From the NCBI GenBank assembly GCA_017889545.1, contig JAGFZV010000008.1, positions 70,874 to 134,873 on the forward strand: DNA of 64,000 nt. Direction: 5' to 3'. The DNA is from Bacillota bacterium (GTDB taxonomy: Bacteria; Bacillota; Negativicutes; CTSoil-072). Below, piece after piece: positions 1-8,899 of the stretch. A program made the translations under genes and the position numbers. Numbering within the stretch: position 1 is the stretch's first letter; every line of letters begins with the position of its first letter. The notes below the pieces were generated by a model. It had not been told where the DNA came from. It searched no databases and was given only the letters and a program-made list of their open reading frames with translations.

Positions 1-783
1 ATGTTCTTTTTTGGATAAAAACTGGATATCGTCAACTAAGAGAACATCAATCGTTCGATATTTTTGACGAAAGCTTTCCGGATTACCATCACGAATGGAA
101 TTGATTAATTCATTTGTGAATTTTTCACTTGAGATATAAAGAACTCGCATTTTGGGATTATTTCGTAAGATTGTATGGCCGATTGCATGCATTAGGTGAG
201 TTTTTCCCAAACCTACGCCGCCATACATAAAAAAAGGATTATAGACTTTTGCCGGGACTTCAGCTACGGCTAATGAGGCGGCATGAGCAAAACGATTGGA
301 ATTGCCGATAACAAAATTGTCAAATTTATATTTTGGATTTAAATTCGACAAAATTAACGGAGAGGAATCGATAGTTTGACTTGGAATATTTCTCTCCGGC
401 AGAGTTGGTGTGTTTTCAACCGGGGATGAAGTATTTTTTATAGTTATTTCCACATTATTGATCAGTGGAGACGCAACGATAGCGGACGGAATTTCGATAT
501 CAGGCTGGGGTTGTTCTTTTATATTTAAGTTGATTAATTTTACAGGAACTGGTTTTCCAAGAACATTTTCTACTGTTTGTTGGATCGTTGAAAGATAGCG
601 AGTTTCGATCCACTCCTTGGTAAATTGGCTCGGAGCTCCGATTTCTACTAATGTATCCGTAATTGACAAGGGGATCGTTGATTTGATCCATGTATCAAAA
701 ATAGGCTTGATAATACCTTTTTCTAATTGTTCTAGAATTTGATCCCATATGGAAGCCATTTCACTGCTATTCACCTGTTTCAT
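1..783 (-). CDS. dnaA: Chromosomal replication initiator DnaA (partial; C-terminal part lies beyond the window edge)
   Basis: Minus-strand frame from ATG at 783 (alternative ATG 759 with AGGTG upstream) reads [22 protein letters not shown]...[55 protein letters not shown] (DnaA N-terminal domains and Walker A). Frame stays open toward position 1; absent from ORF track because no in-window stop. Confidence 0.9.
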   Translation of the reverse strand, partial: MKQVNSSEMASIWDQILEQLEKGIIKPIFDTWIKSTIPLSITDTLVEIGAPSQFTKEWIETRYLSTIQQTVENVLGKPVPVKLINLNIKEQPQPDIEIPSAIVASPLINNVEITIKNTSSPVENTPTLPERNIPSQTIDSSPLILSNLNPKYKFDNFVIGNSNRFAHAASLAVAEVPAKVYNPFFMYGGVGLGKTHLMHAIGHTILRNNPKMRVLYISSEKFTNELINSIRDGNPESFRQKYRTIDVLLVDDIQFLSKKEH

Positions 784-898
784 TCCTTCCTGTAGCATTT
801 TAACTTTGTCATTCGTCTGCTATATTCTGGCCAAATGGACCAGGATGATGAGTGATAAAACCTACTGATATTCACAGTCCGGACAAAGAAAAAATAAA

Positions 899-1085
899 TT
901 ATCCACACAGTTATCCACAGATGTTAATAATAAAATACAAAAAAAGTGAATTTGACGAAAAAAAATACAATTACGGCTTTTTTAAAAATCCCGTACCATT
1001 GTATTTGGACTGATAAAATAGATACATCTGCTGATAAATAAAATTGTGGATAAACTTGTGTATAAATAGGTATAATTGTGGATAA
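899..1085. promoter_or_regulatory. oriC DnaA-box cluster between divergent dnaA and rpmH
   Basis: Four perfect TTATCCACA 9-mers: 899-907 and 911-919 (forward), 1045-1053 and 1077-1085 (TGTGGATAA, reverse); AT-rich stretch about 920-1000 as possible unwinding element; location between dnaA and rpmH. Confidence 0.8.
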
Positions 1086-1357
1086 CAGGTGTTTATTTCC
1101 CTTTATGAAAAGGATTTTTTCTGTTAATCACTATTCCATGATACCAAAATATGGACAGGTTATCAACAAATTGATTCAAAAATGTGACCCTCCAGCACAA
1201 AAAAATAACTGGTAAATAGTGGTGTTCAATTGGCGTGTGGATATCTTCTTTCAAATTTCTTGACACTGGGTATAGGAGTGGTCTATAATCTTTATAGTTA
1301 GGGTAATAGTCGATTATTTTGAATGTTGCTGTTTGGATGCAAGGAGGTGTTGGGCTA

Positions 1358-1492
1358 ATGAAACGGACTTACCAACCGAATACGTTGTGGAAAAAAAGAA
1401 CTCATGGTTTTCGTGAGAGGATGTTAACTCTAGGTGGTCGTATGGTTTTAAAAAGAAGGCGTGCACGGGGCAGAAGGAAGCTTTCTGCGTAA
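1358..1492 (+). CDS. rpmH: 50S ribosomal protein L34
   Basis: 44-codon [58 protein letters not shown] at 1341-1349; below ORF-track size cutoff. Confidence 0.95.
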   Translation: MKRTYQPNTLWKKRTHGFRERMLTLGGRMVLKRRRARGRRKLSA

Positions 1493-1493
1493 T

Positions 1494-1519
1494 AGGCCGG
1501 TATATTGGCCTATTTTTTC
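1494..1519 (+). terminator. Putative intrinsic terminator after rpmH
   Basis: aggccggtatattggcct hairpin followed by ATTTTTTC; a second hairpin ggcttccg..cggaagcc (about 1573-1605) is followed by a T-rich run. Confidence 0.45.
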
Positions 1520-1786
1520 AATCTGGTGGAAGTTACAGCTGCGGCTTGATATATGGGCAGTTAGGTCCGCCTTCGTGGTTCTGGCTTCCGACGGCGCCTA
1601 TGCGTAGCGGAAGCCATGTTTACTTTTGGTTATTTTATTTTTGTACAGTCTGCAACCCCTATTTAGGGATTAGTGGGTTGTATATTGATTAAGTAAGGCT
1701 ATAGCCTTCGGGGCAGAGGGATCCAGTAGGAGCGAAAACTCCACCTGACCGAGAAGTACTTTGTCAGGTCAGGATGATGGTTTAAC

Positions 1787-2149
1787 GTGAGCTATAAATT
1801 GAAAAAAAAGTATATTTTGCGAAAAAGTACTCATTTTCAGGAAGTATATCGTATTGGTAAATCTTATGCGAACCGTTTGGTCGTGTTATATATAGCGCCC
1901 AATGAAGAGTCGGTTCGGCGCATTGGTTTTGCTGCCGGTAAGAAGTTGGGTAATGCGGTCATTCGCAATCGGGTTAAAAGATTATTACGTGAAGCCTATC
2001 GATTGCAGCAAAATGAATTGCCTGTCGGCTATAATTTTCTTTTAGTAGGCCGCAAGGGTATGATTGAGGCAGGATTTGAGCAAGCCAAATCCGCTGTACG
2101 TGATTTATTTAAAAGATCGAAAATGATAATAGGGCAGGATCAAAAATAA
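1787..2149 (+). CDS. rnpA: Ribonuclease P protein component
   Basis: ORF with RnpA-like sequence ...[56 protein letters not shown]; GTG start (TTG at 1799 possible); position after rpmH. Confidence 0.85.
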   Translation: MSYKLKKKYILRKSTHFQEVYRIGKSYANRLVVLYIAPNEESVRRIGFAAGKKLGNAVIRNRVKRLLREAYRLQQNELPVGYNFLLVGRKGMIEAGFEQAKSAVRDLFKRSKMIIGQDQK

Positions 2150-2355
2150 TGAAATGGCTTTTATTAGGCATGATTCAGTTTTATCGGATATTTTTGTCGC
2201 CATTGAAGCCGCCATCTTGTCGATTTGTGCCAACTTGTTCTCAATATGCGTTTTCAGCAATTGAAAAATATGGCGCTATTCGCGGGGCGTATCTAGCGGT
2301 ACGTCGAATCTTACGCTGTCACCCGTTTCATCCAGGCGGGTATGATCCTGTTTAA
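2149..2355 (+). CDS. yidD: Membrane protein insertion efficiency factor YidD
   Basis: 68 aa, ...[32 protein letters not shown]... conserved YidD core; overlaps rnpA stop. Confidence 0.9.
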   Translation: MKWLLLGMIQFYRIFLSPLKPPSCRFVPTCSQYAFSAIEKYGAIRGAYLAVRRILRCHPFHPGGYDPV

Positions 2356-2392
2356 ATATAAAGGTGTTCAAAATTAGGAGGAGTGATTTTAG

Positions 2393-3040
2393 TTGGATTT
2401 TTTGAGCGGCATAATGCAGGCCGGTTTAACTTTTTTTTATGATATAACGATAATGATGGGATTACCAAATTATGGTTTAGCGATTATTCTTTTGACAGTC
2501 GTTATTAAAATGGCGTTATATCCGCTCACTGTGAAACAAGTTAAGTCCATGAAGGGTTTGCAGGACCTTCAACCTAAAATGAAGGAATTGCAAGAGAAGT
2601 ATAAGGGTAATAAAGAAAAATTAAATAAAGAGATGGCGCAATTTTATAAAGAGGCCGGAGTTAATCCTTTGGCGGGCTGTTTGCCTTTACTTGTGCAAAT
2701 GCCAATTTTGATTGCAATCTTTTTTGCAATTCGCGACTACAATTATGTAAATGAGCCAAGCTTTTTTTGGCTAGCGAATCTTTCCCAGGCAAATCCGAGC
2801 GATCCATACTATATTATTCCGGTATTGGCGGCAGTAACCACATATATCCAGTCTAAACAGACTATGACGGATACAAGTAATGCACAAAGCAAGATGATGT
2901 TAAATATCATGCCACTGTTTATTGGGTATATTACGATTACTTTTCCAGCCGGGCTCGGCTTATATTGGGTAACCAGCAATATTATTCAAATATTGCAGCA
3001 ATGGTTTATGTATCGAAAGCCGGCAAAGGCTAAGGTTTAG
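2393..3040 (+). CDS. yidC: YidC/Oxa1 family membrane protein insertase (short SpoIIIJ-type)
   Basis: 215 aa multi-TM protein with YidC-like C-terminal region; synteny rnpA-yidD-yidC-jag; TTG start with SD AGGAGGAG (ATG at 2414 possible). Confidence 0.8.
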   Translation: MDFLSGIMQAGLTFFYDITIMMGLPNYGLAIILLTVVIKMALYPLTVKQVKSMKGLQDLQPKMKELQEKYKGNKEKLNKEMAQFYKEAGVNPLAGCLPLLVQMPILIAIFFAIRDYNYVNEPSFFWLANLSQANPSDPYYIIPVLAAVTTYIQSKQTMTDTSNAQSKMMLNIMPLFIGYITITFPAGLGLYWVTSNIIQILQQWFMYRKPAKAKV

Positions 3041-3059
3041 GAGGAGGTACAGCTATACC

Positions 3060-3692
3060 ATGGATTCGAAAGAATTTACTGCTAAAACGATCGAAGAAGC
3101 GGTGGCAGCGGCTCTAACTGAGTTGCAAGTTACAGAGGACCAAATTGAATATGAGATTTTAGATGTGCCAAGTAAAGGATTGTTTGGTATTATCGGTAAT
3201 AAGCCTGCACGTATTCAAGTTTCTGTAAAAATTGCCAAAAAAATTGATCCGCTTACCGTAGCCCATGATTTTCTGAGTCAAGTATTCGATGCGATGCATA
3301 TTGATGTAAAGATTGAAATTTTGGATAATGATGAGTGTAAAATGATTCATCTGCATGGGGATAATTTAGGAGTGTTGATTGGGAAACATGGTCAGACGCT
3401 TGACGCACTTCAATATTTAACGAATTTGGCCGCCAATCATGATGCGGAAGAACGGGTTCGCATTGTTATTGACATAGAAGACTACCGGAAACGGCGTGAG
3501 GAGACTTTATCGCGCTTAGCGTTTCGATTGGCGGATAAAGTGAAACGTCATCACGAACGAGTAGTGTTGGAACCTATGAGTGCGCATGAAAGAAAGATTA
3601 TCCATATGGCTCTACAGGACGATGCCCGCATATCTACTTACAGTGAAGGGGAAGAGCCTTACCGAAAAGTGGTTATAGCGTTAAAAAGATAA
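3060..3692 (+). CDS. jag: Jag/KhpB RNA-binding protein (KH and R3H domains)
   Basis: 210 aa; C-terminal ...RHHERVVLEPMSAHERKIIHMALQDDARISTYSEGEEPYRKVVI R3H-like motif; synteny after yidC. Confidence 0.85.
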   Translation: MDSKEFTAKTIEEAVAAALTELQVTEDQIEYEILDVPSKGLFGIIGNKPARIQVSVKIAKKIDPLTVAHDFLSQVFDAMHIDVKIEILDNDECKMIHLHGDNLGVLIGKHGQTLDALQYLTNLAANHDAEERVRIVIDIEDYRKRREETLSRLAFRLADKVKRHHERVVLEPMSAHERKIIHMALQDDARISTYSEGEEPYRKVVIALKR

Positions 3693-3709
3693 TTTTCGGA
3701 TATGCTAGA

Positions 3710-3748
3710 CCCCAGTAGTAATGGCTATTATTACTGGGGTTTCTTTAT
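3710..3748 (+). terminator. Intrinsic terminator after jag
   Basis: ccccagtagtaatggctattattactgggg hairpin followed by TTTCTTTAT. Confidence 0.7.
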
Positions 3749-3788
3749 ATGAACTATTTTTGATTTTAGAGGAAGGCGGCGGAGCCTG

Positions 3789-5171
3789 ATGCAGGAAGAT
3801 ACAATTAGTGCGGTTGCTACCGCTGTTGGCGAAGGCGGAATTGGTGTTGTCAGGCTGAGCGGCAAGAACGCGCTAAACGTTGCTGCTCGTTTATTTCAAA
3901 GTTCCACGCAAAAAGACATCGAGCGGTCCATTAAAAGCCAAATTTATTATGGGCATATTGTTGATCCAAAAGACAATTCTTTAGTGGATGAAGTGTTGTT
4001 GCTTGTAATGAAAGCTCCGCATTCTTATACCAGAGAAGATGTAGTTGAAATTCAATGTCATGGCGGTTCGGTTGTGTTGCGTCGTATATTGGGACTGACT
4101 TTGCGATCAGGCGCGCGTTTAGCTGAACCAGGTGAATTTACAAAACGGGCTTTTTTAAACGGACGCCTTGATTTAACGCAGGCAGAAGCGGTTATTGATA
4201 TTATTCGTGCGAAAACGGATGCCTCTTTGAAAATGGCGATCGGGCATTTAGAGGGCGAATTAGCAGGTAAAATTAATCAACTTCGAGGTCGAATTTTAGA
4301 GATGATCGCTCAGCTGGAAGCGACCATTGATTTTCCTGAGGAAAATATTGAGGAATTGCCGGCAGAAAGCGTCAATGCGTCTTTACAAAAAATAGTGGAC
4401 GAAATAGAGTCTCTACTATCCACATCAGCGGCCGGGCGGATTTTGCAGGATGGCTTGCAGACCGTAATTATTGGCAAACCGAATGTCGGAAAATCTAGTT
4501 TGTTGAATGCATTGTTGCGGGAAAATAGGGCAATTGTTACGGATGTTCCGGGAACTACACGTGATAGCATCGAAGAGTTTGTTAATCTTCGCGGGATTCC
4601 GCTTCGCATTGTTGACACTGCCGGCATACGTGATACGAGTGATGAAGTTGAAAAAATTGGCGTTGACCGCAGCCGCGCTTTTGTAGAGAGAGCGGACTTG
4701 GTGTTGGTGCTGTTGGATGCTTCGCAGCCATTATCGCAGGAAGATCACCAAGTTTTGAGTTTGCTGGCGGATCGTAAGGCGATCATATTGATTAATAAAT
4801 CGGATTTACCGGAAAAACTCGTAAGAGATGAATTGGCGGGCTATGTCGGTGAGCGTCAAATTATTACGATTTCTGTTGCCGCCGGTCTCGGATTGGATGT
4901 TTTGGAACAATGCATTGCCGAAATGGTATTTCAGGGAAGTGTGGGTGTAAGCGAAGGCGCATTTATTAATAATGTACGGCAGGAAAATATTTTACGGCTA
5001 GCGTTGCAAAACCTTATGGAGGCAAAAAATACGATTGTCGCCGGCTTACCTGCGGACTTTCAAGTGATTGATTTGCGTAGTGCCTGGGAAAAACTAGGTG
5101 AATTATCGGGCGAAACGGTTAGCGAAGATATTATTAATGAAATCTTTAGTCGCTTTTGTATTGGAAAATGA
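3789..5171 (+). CDS. mnmE: tRNA modification GTPase MnmE
   Basis: 460 aa; G-domain GKPNVGKSSLLNAL, DTAGIR, NKSDL; C-terminal CIGK; synteny. Confidence 0.95.
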   Translation: MQEDTISAVATAVGEGGIGVVRLSGKNALNVAARLFQSSTQKDIERSIKSQIYYGHIVDPKDNSLVDEVLLLVMKAPHSYTREDVVEIQCHGGSVVLRRILGLTLRSGARLAEPGEFTKRAFLNGRLDLTQAEAVIDIIRAKTDASLKMAIGHLEGELAGKINQLRGRILEMIAQLEATIDFPEENIEELPAESVNASLQKIVDEIESLLSTSAAGRILQDGLQTVIIGKPNVGKSSLLNALLRENRAIVTDVPGTTRDSIEEFVNLRGIPLRIVDTAGIRDTSDEVEKIGVDRSRAFVERADLVLVLLDASQPLSQEDHQVLSLLADRKAIILINKSDLPEKLVRDELAGYVGERQIITISVAAGLGLDVLEQCIAEMVFQGSVGVSEGAFINNVRQENILRLALQNLMEAKNTIVAGLPADFQVIDLRSAWEKLGELSGETVSEDIINEIFSRFCIGK

Positions 5172-5213
5172 TCAAATTACGAATGAAGAGTTGATTGCAG
5201 GAGATGAAACAAA

Positions 5214-7085
5214 TTGTTCAGTGTAAGTTCTTATGATGTCATAGTAATTGGCGCTGGTCACGCTGGTTGTGAAGCAGGCTTGGCTGCAGCTAGAATGGGC
5301 TGTAGAACGTTGGTCGCTACTTTAAATCTGGATAACATTGCGCTGATGCCGTGTAATCCTTCGGTAGGCGGTCCAGCGAAGGGTCATTTGGTGCGTGAAA
5401 TTGACGCTTTGGGCGGAGAAATGGGACTGAATGCGGACTATACTTGCATTCAGATGAGGATGCTAAATACGGCAAAGGGACCGGCGGTACATGCCCTGCG
5501 GGCTCAGTCGGATAAAAAACTTTATCAGGATAGAATGAAGCAGGTATTGGAAAATCAGTCCAATTTGTCAGTTAAGCAGGTTCTTGTTACCAAAATTTTG
5601 GCTGAAAATGGCCAAGTATGTGGCGTACAAGGCGAAAATGGAGATATATATCATTGCAGATGTGTTATTTTAGCCAGTGGAACCTATTTGCGAGCGAAGA
5701 TTATTCTCGGTGATCTTGCATATCCTGGCGGACCAAACGGGCAAAGATCTGCGGATCATCTGACGGATTCGCTGCGGGATTTGGGGATTGAATTAATGCG
5801 TTTTAAGACGGGTACTCCGGCGCGTGTTGATTGTCATTCGCTTGATTTTTCGAAAATGTCTATTCAACCCGGGGATGAGCAAACAAGAAATTTTTCCTTT
5901 ATGAGTGATATTGCTGTCCGGGAGCAAATCCCCTGTTGGCTGACTTACACAAATCAAACGACTCATCAAATCATTCGGGACAATTTGCATCGTGCGCCGC
6001 TGTATTCAGGAAAAATTGAGGGGACAGGACCGCGGTATTGTCCGTCTATTGAAGATAAAGTGGTCCGGTTTGCTGAAAAGGAAGCCCATCAACTGTTTAT
6101 CGAGCCGGAAGGCCGCTCGACCAGTGAAATGTATGTTCAAGGGATGTCCACCAGCTTGCCGTTGGATGTCCAACTTGCTTTTTTACGGACTATTCCTGGG
6201 ATGGAAAAGGTTGAAATCATGCGCCCAGGGTATGCGATTGAATATGACTGCATTGATCCTACCCAGTTGACGCCATCGTTGGAATGTAAATTTTTGCGTG
6301 GTTTTTTCTCGGCTGGACAAATGAATGGAACGTCAGGTTATGAAGAAGCGGCCGCTCAGGGGCTAATTGCTGGGATTAATGCAGCATTAACGGTGCAAGG
6401 AAAACCGGCATTTACCTTGTCGAGGGCAGAGGCTTATATTGGCGTTCTGATCGACGATTTAGTCACCAAAGGGACTCCGGAGCCATATCGCATTATGACA
6501 TCCAGAGCAGAATACCGCCTTCTTTTACGGCAGGATAATGCAGACATGCGGTTAACCGAAAAAGGCCGGAAGCTTGCGTTGGTGAATGAGCTCCGTTATG
6601 AACGTTTCTGCAAAAAGCGCGATGCATTGTCAGAGGTTGTTCTGATGTTGCGCAATACCACCATTTCCCCGACTCCGGAGAACCAGCAGATTTTACTTTC
6701 CATGGGATCATCTGAGTTAAGAAGCGGATCGACGTTATATGATTTATTGCGGCGAACCGAGATCAGCTACGAGGCTCTTCGTGCTTCCTTTACATTGCCT
6801 GAATTGGCGGAAGAAGTGAGAGAGCAAGTGGAGATTTTAGCTAAGTATGAAGGATATATTCGAAAACAGCAGGAACAGGTAGAACGGTTGGCGAAGTTGG
6901 AAGCGAAGCAGTTGCCGCTGGATATTGATTATCAAATAATTGCCGGATTGGCTTTAGAGGCACGGCAAAAACTCAATAAAATCAAACCGGCTTCCGTAGG
7001 GCAGGCAACAAGGATCTCTGGGGTATCTCCGGCGGACATTTCAATTTTACTGGTATATCTTGAACAGCGGCGGCGAGGTGAGTAA
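5214..7085 (+). CDS. mnmG: tRNA uridine 5-carboxymethylaminomethyl modification enzyme MnmG (GidA)
   Basis: 623 aa; N-terminal FAD motif [15 protein letters not shown]; synteny after mnmE; TTG start. Confidence 0.95.
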   Translation: MFSVSSYDVIVIGAGHAGCEAGLAAARMGCRTLVATLNLDNIALMPCNPSVGGPAKGHLVREIDALGGEMGLNADYTCIQMRMLNTAKGPAVHALRAQSDKKLYQDRMKQVLENQSNLSVKQVLVTKILAENGQVCGVQGENGDIYHCRCVILASGTYLRAKIILGDLAYPGGPNGQRSADHLTDSLRDLGIELMRFKTGTPARVDCHSLDFSKMSIQPGDEQTRNFSFMSDIAVREQIPCWLTYTNQTTHQIIRDNLHRAPLYSGKIEGTGPRYCPSIEDKVVRFAEKEAHQLFIEPEGRSTSEMYVQGMSTSLPLDVQLAFLRTIPGMEKVEIMRPGYAIEYDCIDPTQLTPSLECKFLRGFFSAGQMNGTSGYEEAAAQGLIAGINAALTVQGKPAFTLSRAEAYIGVLIDDLVTKGTPEPYRIMTSRAEYRLLLRQDNADMRLTEKGRKLALVNELRYERFCKKRDALSEVVLMLRNTTISPTPENQQILLSMGSSELRSGSTLYDLLRRTEISYEALRASFTLPELAEEVREQVEILAKYEGYIRKQQEQVERLAKLEAKQLPLDIDYQIIAGLALEARQKLNKIKPASVGQATRISGVSPADISILLVYLEQRRRGE

Positions 7086-7088
7086 TAA

Positions 7089-7805
7089 GTGAGTTTTTCG
7101 GATCACCTAAAAACGGCGGCAGCTGATTTTGGGATGCCACTTTCTGACGAGCAAGTTCGTATGTTTTTTCATTACCAGGAAGTTCTCTTGGAATGGAACC
7201 AGAAAATGAATTTAACAGCGATTACTGATCCGCAGGAAATCGCTGTTAAACATTTTATTGATTCATTATCTTGTCTGGATTCGGATGTCTTTCCGGTTGG
7301 CTGTTCGGTCGTTGATGTAGGAACAGGCGCTGGCTTTCCAGGGCTGCCGCTAAAAATATATCGACCGGATATTTATCTTTGCTTGATTGATTCTTTGCAG
7401 AAGAGGACAAACTTTTTACAAACGGTAGTCAAAGACCTCGGAATGAAGAACGTAGAGATCCATCATTTGCGGGCGGAAGAAGCCGGGAGGCAGAAGATTC
7501 GCCGCGCTCGATTTGATGTTGCTGTATCGAGAGCTGTTGCGCGTCTAAGCGTTCTATGCGAGCTTTGCTTGCCATTAGTGCGTGTTGGCGGTTATTTTGT
7601 TGCGATGAAGGGTGCGAAATTCCGGGAAGAAATTTCTGAAGCCGAGGGTGCTGTAAAGTTATTGGGAGGGCGTATCCGGCGTGTGAAAGAGGTTTGTTTG
7701 CCGGGACTGGAAGATGTGAGAGCGGTTATCTTCATTGAAAAACAAAAAGCGACACCGGAAAAATATCCACGGAGACCAGGAATACCGGAAAAAGATCCAT
7801 TATGA
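7089..7805 (+). CDS. rsmG: 16S rRNA (guanine527-N7)-methyltransferase RsmG (GidB)
   Basis: 238 aa; SAM-MTase motif VVDVGTGAGFPGLPLKI; GTG start with SD; synteny. Confidence 0.9.
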   Translation: MSFSDHLKTAAADFGMPLSDEQVRMFFHYQEVLLEWNQKMNLTAITDPQEIAVKHFIDSLSCLDSDVFPVGCSVVDVGTGAGFPGLPLKIYRPDIYLCLIDSLQKRTNFLQTVVKDLGMKNVEIHHLRAEEAGRQKIRRARFDVAVSRAVARLSVLCELCLPLVRVGGYFVAMKGAKFREEISEAEGAVKLLGGRIRRVKEVCLPGLEDVRAVIFIEKQKATPEKYPRRPGIPEKDPL

Positions 7806-7843
7806 TATAGTATATTAGAGGATTGCGAGAAGGCGGTGCAGAG

Positions 7844-8719
7844 ATGAAACGATTTGCACAATTGATCGGGTTTGGCGGAGGGAAGTCAATACCTAGTCAG
7901 GAAAAAGAGTTACCGATTGATGCGGCTGTAGTTTCTGATGATGAGCTTGCGAATATTCAGGAAATTGCGGTAGATTTAATTGTGCCAAACCCATATCAAC
8001 CCAGGAAACTATTTGATGACGATGCGTTAGAGGAACTGGCATCTTCCATTCGTGAATTTGGAATTATTCAACCGTTGCTTCTTCGGCCAATTTCTGCTGG
8101 GTTTGAATTGATTGCCGGCGAACGTCGACTGAGAGCAGCAAAGCTGGCTGAATTATCATCGGTGCCGGCAATAATAAAGAATTTTAGTGACAAGGAAGCG
8201 GCTGAGTTAGCGATGATTGAAAACCTTCAGCGGGAGGATCTTCATTATCTTGATGAAGCACTGGGTTTTCAGCAATTGTTGGCTAATTTTGGGTTTACTC
8301 AAGAAGAATTAGCGCGACGGGTCGGCAAAAATCAATCGACAATTGCAAATAAGCTACGATTGCTTAAATTATCTGAGGATATACGCAAAGTGATCCTTGA
8401 ATACAATCTTACTGAGCGTCACGCCCGTGCTCTATTAAAATTGGATACTGAACAGATACAGTTTGGTGTTTTGCGTGATATCCAGGCAAAAAAGCTCAAT
8501 GTACGTGAAACAGAAGAATTGGTGGAGCGTGTATCACGCCAGGCTGAACCGGCGAAACCGAAGCAGAATATAGTGCGTATGATTAAGGATGTTCGTATTT
8601 TTCTTAATACCATTAATAGCGTGATCAGCCAAATGAAGAAGGCCGGGATGAAGATAAAAGTAGAGCAAACGCAGGATGACGAAGCCGTTTATCTGAAGTT
8701 AAAAATCCCTAAACGCTAG
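7844..8719 (+). CDS. noc: Nucleoid occlusion protein Noc (ParB family)
   Basis: ParB-like N-terminal domain (...GIIQPLLLRP...LIAGERRLRAAKLA...) and HTH; first ParB paralog directly after rsmG as in Bacillus; ATG 7844 preferred over track start 7823. Confidence 0.75.
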   Translation: MKRFAQLIGFGGGKSIPSQEKELPIDAAVVSDDELANIQEIAVDLIVPNPYQPRKLFDDDALEELASSIREFGIIQPLLLRPISAGFELIAGERRLRAAKLAELSSVPAIIKNFSDKEAAELAMIENLQREDLHYLDEALGFQQLLANFGFTQEELARRVGKNQSTIANKLRLLKLSEDIRKVILEYNLTERHARALLKLDTEQIQFGVLRDIQAKKLNVRETEELVERVSRQAEPAKPKQNIVRMIKDVRIFLNTINSVISQMKKAGMKIKVEQTQDDEAVYLKLKIPKR

Positions 8720-8860
8720 CTAGCACAGTTTTTGCTTATTAAGAGCTGCATCATTTTAAACTCAACGAATCTCATTATGAAGATCCTCGGCAAAGTTCAT
8801 GGAATGCATGGGGTTTGCACCAATTTTAAATGAATTCCCTAGCGTTTAGCAGCGAAGATA

Positions 8861-8890
8861 AAAGGACCCCATCAGCGATGGGGTCCTTTT
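8861..8890. terminator. Bidirectional intrinsic terminator between noc (+) and metH (-)
   Basis: aaaaggaccccatcagcgatggggtcctttt: GC stem flanked by A-run and T-run. Confidence 0.75.
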
Positions 8891-8899
8891 ATCTGTAAA

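Noticed and set aside
410-691. ORF-track ORFs 410..598 (+) and 500..691 (-) at the left edge
   Set aside because: Both lie inside the dnaA coding region in other frames or on the other strand; the DnaA frame on the minus strand is clearly the real one.
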